Below, one piece after another: positions 1 through 9,215 of a stretch of DNA of 64,000 nucleotides. A program made the position numbers and the translations under genes. This stretch comes from an uncultured cyanobacterium. GTDB lineage: Bacteria > Cyanobacteriota > Cyanobacteriia > Cyanobacteriales > CAWCAG01. Position 1 is the stretch's first letter, and each line of letters begins with the position of its first letter. Where the stretch lies: NCBI GenBank assembly GCA_963803805.1, contig CAWDOD010000010.1, forward strand, positions 1-64,000, in the 5' to 3' direction. The notes beneath the pieces were generated by a model, which made no database searches, was not told where the DNA came from, and worked only from the letters and a program-made list of their open reading frames with translations.

Positions 1-670
1 CATTATTGTAGTTAAAGATGGAGAGAAATATTTAGCAGAAGCAATTAAAACTGTTATTAAGCAAACCTATCAAAATTATGAAATCATTGTTGTTGACGGT
101 AACTCAGTAGATAACACCGCTAAAATTGCCCAATCCTACTCCCAAGTACGCTACCTTTTGCAAAAAAGTCAAGGCATTGCTAGGGCTTATAATCAGGGAA
201 TTGAGGCTGCAAAAGGAGATATAATTGCTTTTTTGTCTCATGATGATCTTTGGACTTCTCATAAATTAACTACTCAGGTAAATTATTTACTTAACCATAG
301 CGAGATTCAATACACAGTAGCCAAAGTTAAGTTCTTTTTAGAAGCAGGGCATACTCCACCTCCTGGTTTTCGAGAAGAATTATTAGAAGGAGAACATACA
401 GGGAAAATCATGGAAACTTTAGTAGCGCGGAAGAGTTTATTTGCTGAAGTTGGTAAGTTAGATCCTGAATTTAATGTTGCTGAAGATGTGGATTGGTTTG
501 CTAGGTGTAATGATGCAGGTATACCAGCAGCAGTAATGCCTGAAGTTTTACTTTACAAACGGGTTCACGATACCAATCTTTCTTTGAATGCAGCTAATAA
601 TAATCAGAATTTATTAAAAGTTTTAAGACAATCGATTAAACGCAAACGTCAACAAGAAGAAAAGAAATGA
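1..670 (+). CDS. Family 2 glycosyltransferase (5'-truncated by window edge)
   Basis: Frame is open from position 2 (IIVVKDGEKYLAEAIKTVIKQTYQNYEIIVVDGNSVDNT...), with GT2 motifs 'IAFLSHDDLW' and 'EDVDW'. Confidence 0.9.
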   Translation, partial: IIVVKDGEKYLAEAIKTVIKQTYQNYEIIVVDGNSVDNTAKIAQSYSQVRYLLQKSQGIARAYNQGIEAAKGDIIAFLSHDDLWTSHKLTTQVNYLLNHSEIQYTVAKVKFFLEAGHTPPPGFREELLEGEHTGKIMETLVARKSLFAEVGKLDPEFNVAEDVDWFARCNDAGIPAAVMPEVLLYKRVHDTNLSLNAANNNQNLLKVLRQSIKRKRQQEEKK

Positions 671-1365
671 TTAGTCACCCTTTAGTAAGTGTTATTATTC
701 CTGCCTATAACTGCGATCGCTATTTAGCAGAAGCCGTTGAAAGCATACTAAATCAGACCTATACATCTTTTGAAGTTATTATTATTGATGATGGTTCAAC
801 GGATAAAACAGCAGAAGTAGCTAAAAGCTTTGGTTCAAAAGTAACATACTGCTATCAAAATAATGGCGGTAGCGCTACTGCTCGTAATCATGGTATAGAA
901 TTAGCCCAAGGTAGCTTTTTAGCTTTTCTGGATGCCGACGATCTTTGGGTTGAAGATAAATTAGCAGTTCAACTAGAAGCATTTAAAAATGATCCTGAAC
1001 TTCATTTAGTTTTTGGACAAGTGCAACAGTTTTATAGCCCAGATTTGGCAGAAGAATTAAAAGCAACAATTTACTGTAATTCTGAATTGATGCCGGGATA
1101 TATTCCTTCGGCAATGCTAGTTAAAAAAGAATCTTTTTTCCAAATCGGTGAGTTTGAGTCTAAATGGAAATGTGGAGAATTTGCTGCTTGGTACGTTCAG
1201 GCAGTAGAGTCAGGATTAAAAACTCTAACCTTACCGAAATTAGTGGCAAAACGACGCTTGCATTCAGCTAATAAAGGTATTAAGCAAAAAGATGAAGCAA
1301 GGCTTGATTATGTGCGTATCCTTAAAGCTTCTTTAGATCGACGACGGGCTGAAGGGCTTATCTAA
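667..1365 (+). CDS. Family 2 glycosyltransferase
   Basis: VSVIIPAYN, IIDDGSTD and FLDADDLW motifs; ATGA overlap with the upstream gene. Confidence 0.92.
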   Translation: MISHPLVSVIIPAYNCDRYLAEAVESILNQTYTSFEVIIIDDGSTDKTAEVAKSFGSKVTYCYQNNGGSATARNHGIELAQGSFLAFLDADDLWVEDKLAVQLEAFKNDPELHLVFGQVQQFYSPDLAEELKATIYCNSELMPGYIPSAMLVKKESFFQIGEFESKWKCGEFAAWYVQAVESGLKTLTLPKLVAKRRLHSANKGIKQKDEARLDYVRILKASLDRRRAEGLI

Positions 1366-1497
1366 TATCATTCTTCTTAAAACTATTTCGCTATTTGGAG
1401 GGATTGCTATTGAAGAAATAACTGCCAAACCAGTTCATATAATCTTCCTTACTGATTAAATGGGCTAAGTATCAGTTTTAACCTGTTGCTAAGCGCC

Positions 1498-1577
1498 CTT
1501 GACATGGTATTATGTACATGGTGGAAAAGGTGCGCTCTAAAAAGCAGTTTTTTAAACAGATTCTTACTCCTCAGTGA
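1498..1577 (+). repeat. Dispersed ~80-bp non-coding element, copy 1 (extended -10 promoter plus candidate sRNA 5' region)
   Basis: 43/46 identity to 59238-59283, plus a shared ttactc(c/t)tcagtga block further downstream. Confidence 0.8.
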
Positions 1578-1712
1578 AACTTCCTCGAAGAAAACAGTTA
1601 CTTAACTAAGCTACCTGGGTAGAACAAAAATACTTAACTTTGCCCCCTAAATATTATAGGATTTGTAGAGGTGAATTTGGTATAATTTCACAAATACCAG
1701 CTTTCATACCTT

Positions 1713-3881
1713 TTAGGTTAACCAACTTCTAATTACTTCTTGCATTCCCTTCACATCCAAACAATCCTGGCTATAAGCTTTGCGGAGTAAGTTATTAGGA
1801 ATAAAAGAATCATATTTATGTAACCTTGGCGCTTCTGCGGGGGCGATTAAATCCTCATTGGTTAAAGATTGCTTGGAAGCCACAATAAGTTCTTGCCATA
1901 AATTACTAAACTCTTTCTGAGACAGATTAATGATTAAATAATAAGGGGGATAACTTTGAATTTTCCTGATATCAACTTTTTCGCGAATAAAAAGGTTAAT
2001 GTATCTCTCCAAAGTTCCATAAGTAGTAGTTCCCATCCAAGGTAACAAGCAACAACTACCTTCATCTAAAGAGATTAAATTATCCGTCGCTAAACCGTAA
2101 ACTTTGTCTAACTGTCTGGCTTTATTTAAACGTGCTTGCGCCCCTGGTTGTAGATAAGAATACTGTAGATCTTCTCCTAAAACTTGGCGCATTCTTTGCA
2201 AAACTTTGTTGTGTATAGCCCCTTTTCCTCCTCGCCAAGAGGTACTAGCAAAACCCTCTGTTTCCTGAACAAAAACCGTCTTTCTTTTTTTATCTATTTC
2301 CTGAATTTGCCAAGTTTTTCCCGCTAAGGTGAAGCGATCGCCTTGGGGTAAAGGTAAAGGAATGCTACCAATTTCTCCGGCTTCTCCTTTAACTGTATAT
2401 TCAACTTTGCTATCAAAAATGGCATAAAAATGAAAGTTGGTGACAATTTTTTCTCCTTTTAAACCAATGATTAGTCCCCCAGTTTCTGTAGTTTGTAAAT
2501 GTTCAAGACTAATTAAATAGTGGAGTAATTGTCGAAAATCTTCAGGAGAAATAGTTTTAAAAATCGGTAAATTTAATACTTCCTCTGCTAAAGCAGCAGC
2601 AGAAAGTTCTCCCCTTGCCGCTAAGATACTTAAGGTTTGATGATAAAGAAGACTAAAAGGATAACTTGAAGGGGAAATCGGTTCAATCCAACGTTCTTCT
2701 AAATAAAGTTGAATAATCGCGATACATTGTAATAGTTGCCAGGGGATTTGTTGGGGTAAAGATTCTTCTCCTGATAGTTCGTTTTCAGTACAAACAAAAC
2801 GCATATCTGCCGGATTTCCTCGTCTTCCTGTACGCCCTAATCTTTGTAAGAAACTGGAGACAGAAAAAGGAGCATTTACTTGAATTACCCTTTCTAATTG
2901 TCCAATATCAATACCCATTTCTAAGGTAACTGTAGCTGCTGTTACTGCGGGTTGAGATGTTCGCATTGCCCTTTCTGCCCGTTCCCGTAAAAAGGCAGAA
3001 ATACTACCGTGATGAACATGATAAATATCTGGTGTGGTATTAGTTTGGGCAATACTTCGTAACTTAGCAATAACCGTTTCTGTTTCTGTACGATTGTTGG
3101 TAAAAATTAAGGCTTTGCTCCCTAAACTATGTTGATAAATATATTGATGATAGGGAGAATCTTGCTGCTTTTCTGCCTCTTTTTCCGGCAAGAAAAAATG
3201 TTCTAATGCTAATCTAACTTGCCTCTTATTACTCTCAACTTCTGGGGCAATTACAGGTATATTTGTTCCCGATTGTAACCACTGTTTAGCTAAGGAATAG
3301 TCTCCTAAAGTTGCCGACAAACCAATACGTCGCGGCGGCTGATTTAAGTGACGAGAAAGTCTAGTTAGTTGACAAAGAATTTGACTACCTCTTTGGGAAC
3401 CCATAAAAGCATGAATTTCATCAATAACCACAAAACGTAAATCACCAAATAAGCGTTTTAATTCTCCATTGTGATTAATTAAAAGACTTTCCAATGATTC
3501 CGGTGTAATTTGTAAAATTCCTTGGGGTTCTTTTAATAACCTCTTTTTTTTACTTTGGGCAATATCTCCATGCCAAGCACAAACGGAGGTATGAGTTTGT
3601 TTCAGTAAGTCATTAAGGCGTTCAAATTGGTCATCAATTAAGGCTTTGATGGGGCTAATATAAAGTACGCCGATGGTTTTTGCTGGGTTATGATGCAATG
3701 CAGTTAAGATTGGTAAAAAAGCTGCTTCAGTTTTGCCAGAAGCTGTTCCGGTGGAGAGAAGTAAGTGAGCATTACTATCAAGAATTACCTCACAAGCTTC
3801 GATTTGAACTTGCCTTAATTCTTGCCAACCGTTTTTATAAATATATTCTTGAATAAAAGGGGCGAGGCGATGGTAAGTCAT
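1713..3881 (-). CDS. Lhr-like SF2 DEAD/DEAH-box helicase (Shango SngC-like)
   Basis: Walker A TASGKTE, TPESLE, DEIH, LSAT, HHGS, TLEMGIDIG and QRLGRTGRR motifs; 722 aa. Confidence 0.85.
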   Translation of the reverse strand: MTYHRLAPFIQEYIYKNGWQELRQVQIEACEVILDSNAHLLLSTGTASGKTEAAFLPILTALHHNPAKTIGVLYISPIKALIDDQFERLNDLLKQTHTSVCAWHGDIAQSKKKRLLKEPQGILQITPESLESLLINHNGELKRLFGDLRFVVIDEIHAFMGSQRGSQILCQLTRLSRHLNQPPRRIGLSATLGDYSLAKQWLQSGTNIPVIAPEVESNKRQVRLALEHFFLPEKEAEKQQDSPYHQYIYQHSLGSKALIFTNNRTETETVIAKLRSIAQTNTTPDIYHVHHGSISAFLRERAERAMRTSQPAVTAATVTLEMGIDIGQLERVIQVNAPFSVSSFLQRLGRTGRRGNPADMRFVCTENELSGEESLPQQIPWQLLQCIAIIQLYLEERWIEPISPSSYPFSLLYHQTLSILAARGELSAAALAEEVLNLPIFKTISPEDFRQLLHYLISLEHLQTTETGGLIIGLKGEKIVTNFHFYAIFDSKVEYTVKGEAGEIGSIPLPLPQGDRFTLAGKTWQIQEIDKKRKTVFVQETEGFASTSWRGGKGAIHNKVLQRMRQVLGEDLQYSYLQPGAQARLNKARQLDKVYGLATDNLISLDEGSCCLLPWMGTTTYGTLERYINLFIREKVDIRKIQSYPPYYLIINLSQKEFSNLWQELIVASKQSLTNEDLIAPAEAPRLHKYDSFIPNNLLRKAYSQDCLDVKGMQEVIRSWLT

Positions 3882-3996
3882 ATTGCTAATTGCTAGTGGC
3901 TAGTTGCTAATAGTTTAGAGAATAAGTGAGGACATTTTACCTTTCCCTGTTCTTTATTGCCTAACCGCAATGCTTGCGTAAACCTCGTTCCCTTCT

Positions 3997-4035
3997 ATCA
4001 AGGTTGGGTTACATTGTCGCTAATCCAACCTTGAT
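3997..4035. repeat. REP-like palindrome / possible terminator
   Basis: atcaaggttgggtta-cattgtcgc-taatccaaccttgat forms a 15-bp stem with one G-T pair; resembles cyanobacterial GTTGGGTTA...AACCCAAC palindromes. Confidence 0.65.
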
Positions 4036-4043
4036 GAGGATTT

Positions 4044-4157
4044 CTATTTAAAATGGCGTTTAAACCACTCGATGATTAAATCAAGTATTGTATCAGCAGA
4101 ACGTTCTATTGCCCAGGTTAATAGAGTTGAGAGAATCAAGAAAAGTATTTCTTCCAT
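4044..4157 (-). CDS. Putative 37-aa amphipathic small protein (type I toxin-like)
   Basis: Manual translation MEEILFLILSTLLTWAIERSADTILDLIIEWFKRHFK*; followed 8 nt later by a strong hairpin. Confidence 0.5.
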   Translation of the reverse strand: MEEILFLILSTLLTWAIERSADTILDLIIEWFKRHFK

Positions 4158-4310
4158 TAGTTTTGTGTTGGAATAATTTTGACTCTTTAATGGTGTTGCA
4201 TTCCTTGTCTTAGCTGGGCTTCTGTAAAATGTGACTTATGTATAATCTAGGTATGATTTGGGTGTGCTTTCGGAATCAGGAGAATTAGCAAAGGTGATTT
4301 TAGAGCAATT

Positions 4311-6686
4311 ATGGCTAAGCGATCGCTTCGAGTAAAGACACAATATCTTAAACAAGTTGAAAATGCTTTTATTGACTTGGGTATAACTCAAGAAGCCTTT
4401 GCTGCAAGACTAGAATACAGTCGTTCAACTATTTCTAAGTTTTTCAAAGGCGAAGCTGTTTCTAGAGAACGTTTTCTCAAAATCTGTGAAGTACTCAAGC
4501 TAGATTGGCAAGAAGTTACAGGTTTAAAAGAAAGTGTCGTTAACCAGACAGAATTCGAGGAAGAAAAACCAGCAATAGATATTTCTTTCTTAGTTAACAA
4601 GTTTCGCGAACAAGTTAAAGCAGATATCGAAACTCGCTGTGGCACAATGCGAATTTTGGATATGAGTCAACCTGTGGGTTTGAATGATATTTATACTAAG
4701 GTTAATATTTTAGAAAAAATTAGTGGACGTAGCCGGAAAGAAATTACTGACTTAATTGAAAGTTGCGACTTTGAGAATTTTAACCGTTTTAATTTTGGAA
4801 GAATCGAAAAGGAAAAGATACCAGGTAAAGAGGCTGTTGATAAGTATCAAACTCTACTTATTTTAGGTAAGCCGGGGGCTGGTAAAACAACTTTCCTTAA
4901 ACGTTTAGTAACCCAATGTAGTGGCGGTTCATTTCAGGGTGATTTAGTACCGTTTTTTGTTACCCTCAAAGACTTTGCCGAAGCAGAAAATAAACCAAGA
5001 TTATTAACTTATATTAGTAAGTACCTTGAGAAACAAGGCAGAGAAAACTTACAGCAACTTTTAGAACAAGGTAAAGCTTTAATTTGTCTCGATGGCTTAG
5101 ATGAAGTCCTCAAAGAAGATAGCCCAAGGGTTATCAAAGAAATTCGTAATTTATCAGTTGATTTTCCTCACAATCAATATATACTAACTTGTCGTATTGC
5201 AGCCAAAGAATATACTTTTGAACAATTTACTGAAGTAGAAATTGCTGATTTTGATTGGGAACAAATTACTATTTTTGCTACTAACTGGTTTCGGAACAAA
5301 CCTGTTAAGCCCAAAACTTTTCTCAACCGCTTAGAAAGAGACGAACCAATTCAAGAATTAGCGGCAAATCCTTTATTACTTACTCTACTATGTTTAGTAT
5401 TTGAAGAGTCTGGTGACTTTCCTGGAAATCGTGCCGGATTGTATAAAGAAGGTGTAGATGCCCTGTTGAAAAAATGGGATGCTAAACGAGGAATTCAAAG
5501 GGATCAAGTTTATCAAAAACTCTGGATACAAAGGAAAGAAGACTTGTTGAGTAAGATTGCTTGGGATACTTTTGCACCGGGGGAATATTTCTTTAAACAA
5601 GACAAAGTAGAAAGATATGTTGGGGAATATATTCGTAATTTACCTGGGGCAAATACTGATGAGGTAGCTTTAAAACTAGATAGTGAAGTTGTCTTAAAAT
5701 CCATTGAATCGCAACATGGTTTGTTGGTGGAAAGGGCAAAGCAGATTTATTCTTTTTCTCATTTAAGTTTCCAAGAATACTTTACTGCAAGAGAAATCAT
5801 TCAAGTTCGTCAATCTTCAGATGAGGCATTAGAAGAATTAGTTAATCATGTTTTTGAGAAACGCTGGCGAGAGGTATTTTTGCTGGCTGTGGCTATGTCT
5901 CCTAATGGAAAAAGATTAGTTTTATTGATGAAGGAAAAGATTGATAATTCATTGGCAGAGGATGAGAAATTACAGCGATTTTTACAGTGGTTAAATGAGA
6001 AAACTATAACTGAAAATATTACTTTTAAGCCAGAAGATATTCCAAAAATCCAAGACGAGATTGATTTTTACATCAATAAAGAAATTTCCCTCTCCCGATC
6101 CCTCTACCTCGACCTCTCCCGATCCCTCTACCTCGACCTCTCCCGATCCCTCTACCTCGACCTCTCCCTCGACCTCTCCCTCTCCCGATCCCTCTACCTC
6201 GACCTCTCCCGATCCCTCTACCTCGACCTCTCCCTCGACCTCTCCCTCTCCCGATCCCTCTCCCTCTCCCGATCCCTCTCCCTCTCCCGATCCCAATCCC
6301 TCTCCCGATCCCTCTCCCGATCCCTCGACCTCGACCTCGACCTCTCCCTCTCCCTCTCCCTCTATCCTGAATTACATCAAGAATTACAACGGCTTAATAA
6401 TCAACTTCCTAATGGAGAAACTCAAGAAGCATTTAAACAATGGTGGCAAGCTAACGGTAAAGCTTGGAGACAAGACTTAAGAACAATCATGATCAAATAT
6501 CGCAATATTGGCCATGATTGGCAATTTAGTGAGGAACAAAAAGAATCACTAAAACAATATTATTATGCCAACCAACTATTAACCCAATGTTTGCATCAAG
6601 ACTGTTATGTAAGCCCAGAAATTCGCCAAGAAATTGAGGAAACTTTGCTTTTACCTATTGAAGTCATCAAACAGAAACAAAATTAA
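4311..6686 (+). CDS. Xre-type HTH - NACHT NTPase - low-complexity repeat - C-terminal helical (NCH2-like) protein
   Basis: N-terminal HTH (TQEAFAARLEYSRSTISKFF), GKPGAGKTT, LDGLDEV, NPLLLTLLC, FSHLSFQEYF, and C-terminal RNIGHDWQFS...YYYANQLL. Confidence 0.9.
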   Translation: MAKRSLRVKTQYLKQVENAFIDLGITQEAFAARLEYSRSTISKFFKGEAVSRERFLKICEVLKLDWQEVTGLKESVVNQTEFEEEKPAIDISFLVNKFREQVKADIETRCGTMRILDMSQPVGLNDIYTKVNILEKISGRSRKEITDLIESCDFENFNRFNFGRIEKEKIPGKEAVDKYQTLLILGKPGAGKTTFLKRLVTQCSGGSFQGDLVPFFVTLKDFAEAENKPRLLTYISKYLEKQGRENLQQLLEQGKALICLDGLDEVLKEDSPRVIKEIRNLSVDFPHNQYILTCRIAAKEYTFEQFTEVEIADFDWEQITIFATNWFRNKPVKPKTFLNRLERDEPIQELAANPLLLTLLCLVFEESGDFPGNRAGLYKEGVDALLKKWDAKRGIQRDQVYQKLWIQRKEDLLSKIAWDTFAPGEYFFKQDKVERYVGEYIRNLPGANTDEVALKLDSEVVLKSIESQHGLLVERAKQIYSFSHLSFQEYFTAREIIQVRQSSDEALEELVNHVFEKRWREVFLLAVAMSPNGKRLVLLMKEKIDNSLAEDEKLQRFLQWLNEKTITENITFKPEDIPKIQDEIDFYINKEISLSRSLYLDLSRSLYLDLSRSLYLDLSLDLSLSRSLYLDLSRSLYLDLSLDLSLSRSLSLSRSLSLSRSQSLSRSLSRSLDLDLDLSLSLSLYPELHQELQRLNNQLPNGETQEAFKQWWQANGKAWRQDLRTIMIKYRNIGHDWQFSEEQKESLKQYYYANQLLTQCLHQDCYVSPEIRQEIEETLLLPIEVIKQKQN
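6087..6362 (+). repeat. In-frame pyrimidine-rich tandem repeat built from 6/12/24-nt units (ctctcccgatccctctacctcgac)
   Basis: Directly visible; encodes (DLSRSLYL)n and (LSRS)n. Confidence 0.95.
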
Positions 6687-7034
6687 CATAGCAATTATTA
6701 GTACCATGAGGTATAGCATATATTTTTAATTTTGCTAATGGCTAATAGAAATACATCTCAGCAATTCCTTAGATCCCCTCAGCATCTATGCAGCCTTGGG
6801 AATTGGCAAAGTATGGCGGTTTGAGGTAGAGGAGTTGTTCAATATCGTAAGAATCTTCCCTAACCTCTGACTCCTCCTGACACCTGCCCCCTGAACCCTT
6901 GACCCTTTTCCCCTCACCTATGCCTTTAGTTATAAAAACTTTCTTCTTTAGATTACTTCATAAAACAGATGTTTTACCCCAGTCAAGTTTGTTGTAATAA
7001 CAGAGAACATTCAGAAATAATATAGAAAAACCTA

Positions 7035-7577
7035 ATGCCTAAGATAAATATCGGTCTTACTCAAGAACAACGCCAGGGAGTGATTGAACTCTTAAATAGT
7101 GATTTAGCAAACTTGTACTTGCTATTGATCAAAACCAAAAAGTATCATTGGGATGTAGTTGGGCCTCAGTTTCGCAGCCTTCATGAACTTTGGCAGGAAC
7201 ATTACGAAGCCTTAACCATCAGCATTGATGAAACTGCCGAAAGAGTCAGGAAATTAGGGGGATATCCTATCGGTACGGCTGAAGACTTTATTAAGTACAG
7301 TTCCATCAAAGAACATTCTAATGACTTGCCTTCTGCCACAGAAATGGTTTCTCGCTTGGTTACTGATCATGAACAAGTCATCCGCGATTTAAGAGGACAT
7401 ATTGACCAATGTGGCGATGAGTTCCATGATGAAGGAACTGCTGATTTCTTAACCGGATTAATGGAAGAACATGAAGAAATGGCTTGGATGCTACGTTCTT
7501 TCATTGAAGGGCAAGAAGTAGAACCTAGCGGAGAACGTTCCGGAGAAAAAGTAAAGTCTCCTGTTGGGGCTAAGTAG
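7035..7577 (+). CDS. dps: Dps family ferritin-like DNA protection protein
   Basis: HWDVVGPQFRSLHELW, DETAER and WMLRS motifs. Confidence 0.95.
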   Translation: MPKINIGLTQEQRQGVIELLNSDLANLYLLLIKTKKYHWDVVGPQFRSLHELWQEHYEALTISIDETAERVRKLGGYPIGTAEDFIKYSSIKEHSNDLPSATEMVSRLVTDHEQVIRDLRGHIDQCGDEFHDEGTADFLTGLMEEHEEMAWMLRSFIEGQEVEPSGERSGEKVKSPVGAK

Positions 7578-7597
7578 TTTTTTAAGATAGCAAAAAA

Positions 7598-7638
7598 AGA
7601 GGAGGTTTCTTCTATTTTAAACTGAAGAAATCTCCCTC
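7598..7638 (+). terminator. Hairpin downstream of dps
   Basis: gaggaggtttcttc ... gaagaaatctccctc inverted repeat. Confidence 0.5.
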
Positions 7639-7693
7639 CATCAATAATAAATATCCATGTTTAATAAAATTGAAAAATCAAGAAATTACAGCT

Positions 7694-7885
7694 ATGAATT
7701 ACAAACTTTATGATAAATTAATCAATTTTCTCCAAAATGAACTGGCTATTGGTACAGAAGAAATCAAGGTCGCTTCACGGTATACCCAGCAAACCCCTAA
7801 CTCTTTACCTATGAGCCTTTGGCAATATGGCTTAGTTAGCTTAGAACAGTTAGATAAGATTTTTGATTGGTTAGAAACAGCATAA
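7694..7885 (+). CDS. DUF2949 family protein
   Basis: FLQNELAI...LPMSLWQYGLVSLEQLDKIFDWLE signature. Confidence 0.85.
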   Translation: MNYKLYDKLINFLQNELAIGTEEIKVASRYTQQTPNSLPMSLWQYGLVSLEQLDKIFDWLETA

Positions 7886-8096
7886 TCTCAGAGAGAGCCA
7901 AGAAAAGACTTATCCAAAAGCGATAAGCTAGTTGCTAGTTGCTAAAATCTTATGGTTGGTGAGGATATTTTATTTATTGGAGTTCTCTTAATGATCAGTT
8001 ATCATTGTACGGCTTGCTTTTGCTGTTAGGTATCAACGATGGTTTAAACAATACATTAATGTTAAGTTAATTAAAATAAACTCTAGTTGTTAGCTG

Positions 8097-9169
8097 TTAC
8101 CCATCACTTGGTATTAAAGGCAAATTAACAGTGAAAGTCGTCCCTTCACTTACTTGAGATTCTACGGTAATATCTCCTTGGTGGGTTTGAACAATTTGCT
8201 GAGATAAATGTAATCCTAAACCATGACCAGAACGTTTGTGAGCGCCTTGACGAAAACGATCAAAAATGCTTTCTTGGTCTTCGGATGTGATACCAATACC
8301 TGTATCTTTTACAGCAACAGTTATTTTCTGGGGAGACTTTTTAGCGATCACTTTGACACAACCTTGATCAGTAAACTTGATGCCGTTACTAATTAAGTTC
8401 GTAAACACTCGACGCATTTCTAGGCGATCGCCACTAATTTCTAATTTATCTTTCGGCAAACTTAATTGAATAGTTAACTCCCTCTCTTGAGCCAAAGGAT
8501 TCAACTCTTCTACTACCTCTTTTAATAATTCCTTTAAGTCAAAATTAATAAAACTAAAAACTTTTTGTCCTGTTTCATAACAATGCACTTCTAGTAAATT
8601 ATTCAGCATTTGCAGTAGATTATGATTGCTGCTCATAATACTAGAAATGGCTCGGTACATATTAGTAGAAACATCCCCATAAGCACCCTTTTGAATCAAC
8701 TCCAACATCCGATCCACCGCCACTAAAGGGGTGCGTAAATCGTGGGTAAGACAGGAGATAAAATTTTCCCTAGCATCAAAACTATGTTTGAGGCGAAGTA
8801 GCGATCGCACCCTAGCTTGTAGTTCATCGATTTTGACGGGTTTGCGAATAAATTCATCTGCCCCTATATCCAAACCTTCTACCACACTAGATTGTTGATG
8901 GGCGGTGATTAAAAGAATAGGAATAAAAGGTAAGTTAGGGTTTTGACGAATCTTTTGAGTTACTTCATAACCGCTCATCTCTGGCATCATCACATCAAGA
9001 ATGATCAACTCTGGTGGGTAACGCTCAATTTGGCCAAAGCACTTGGGCCATCATGGGCTAGTACCAGCTTATGCCCTTCTTTTTCTAGGGCTAATTGAAT
9101 CAAAAAAAGGTTGTCCGGAGTATCATCAACGGCCAAAATATAGTTTTTATAAGTTTGGGAAACAGACAT
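8097..9169 (-). pseudogene. Hybrid REC-histidine kinase split by a 1-bp frameshift near 9030
   Basis: The REC start (ILAVDDTPDNLFL...SALAK) is in one frame; IERYPPELIILDVMMP, HisKA (THDLRTPL) and HATPase are in another. Confidence 0.8.
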
Positions 9170-9215
9170 AAAAAAAGGTATTTTAAAGTATATATAAAAA
9201 GAATTTTTCTGTTCA

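Noticed and set aside
1-1365. GT2 pair as the tail of a PqqD/RiPP-like modification cluster
   Set aside because: The upstream genes lie outside the window, so this cannot be supported
1529-1545. GTGCG as a group II intron 5' end within the duplicated element
   Set aside because: No domain V/VI-like sequence or RT downstream, and conservation extends upstream of GTGCG
6087-6362. Possible CRISPR array or DGR variable region
   Set aside because: No unique spacers, no template/variable repeat pair, and no cas or reverse transcriptase gene in the window
5991-6480. Alternative-frame ORFs (GEGEVE-rich on -, PSTSP-rich on +)
   Set aside because: By-products of the stop-free repeat tract inside the NACHT gene
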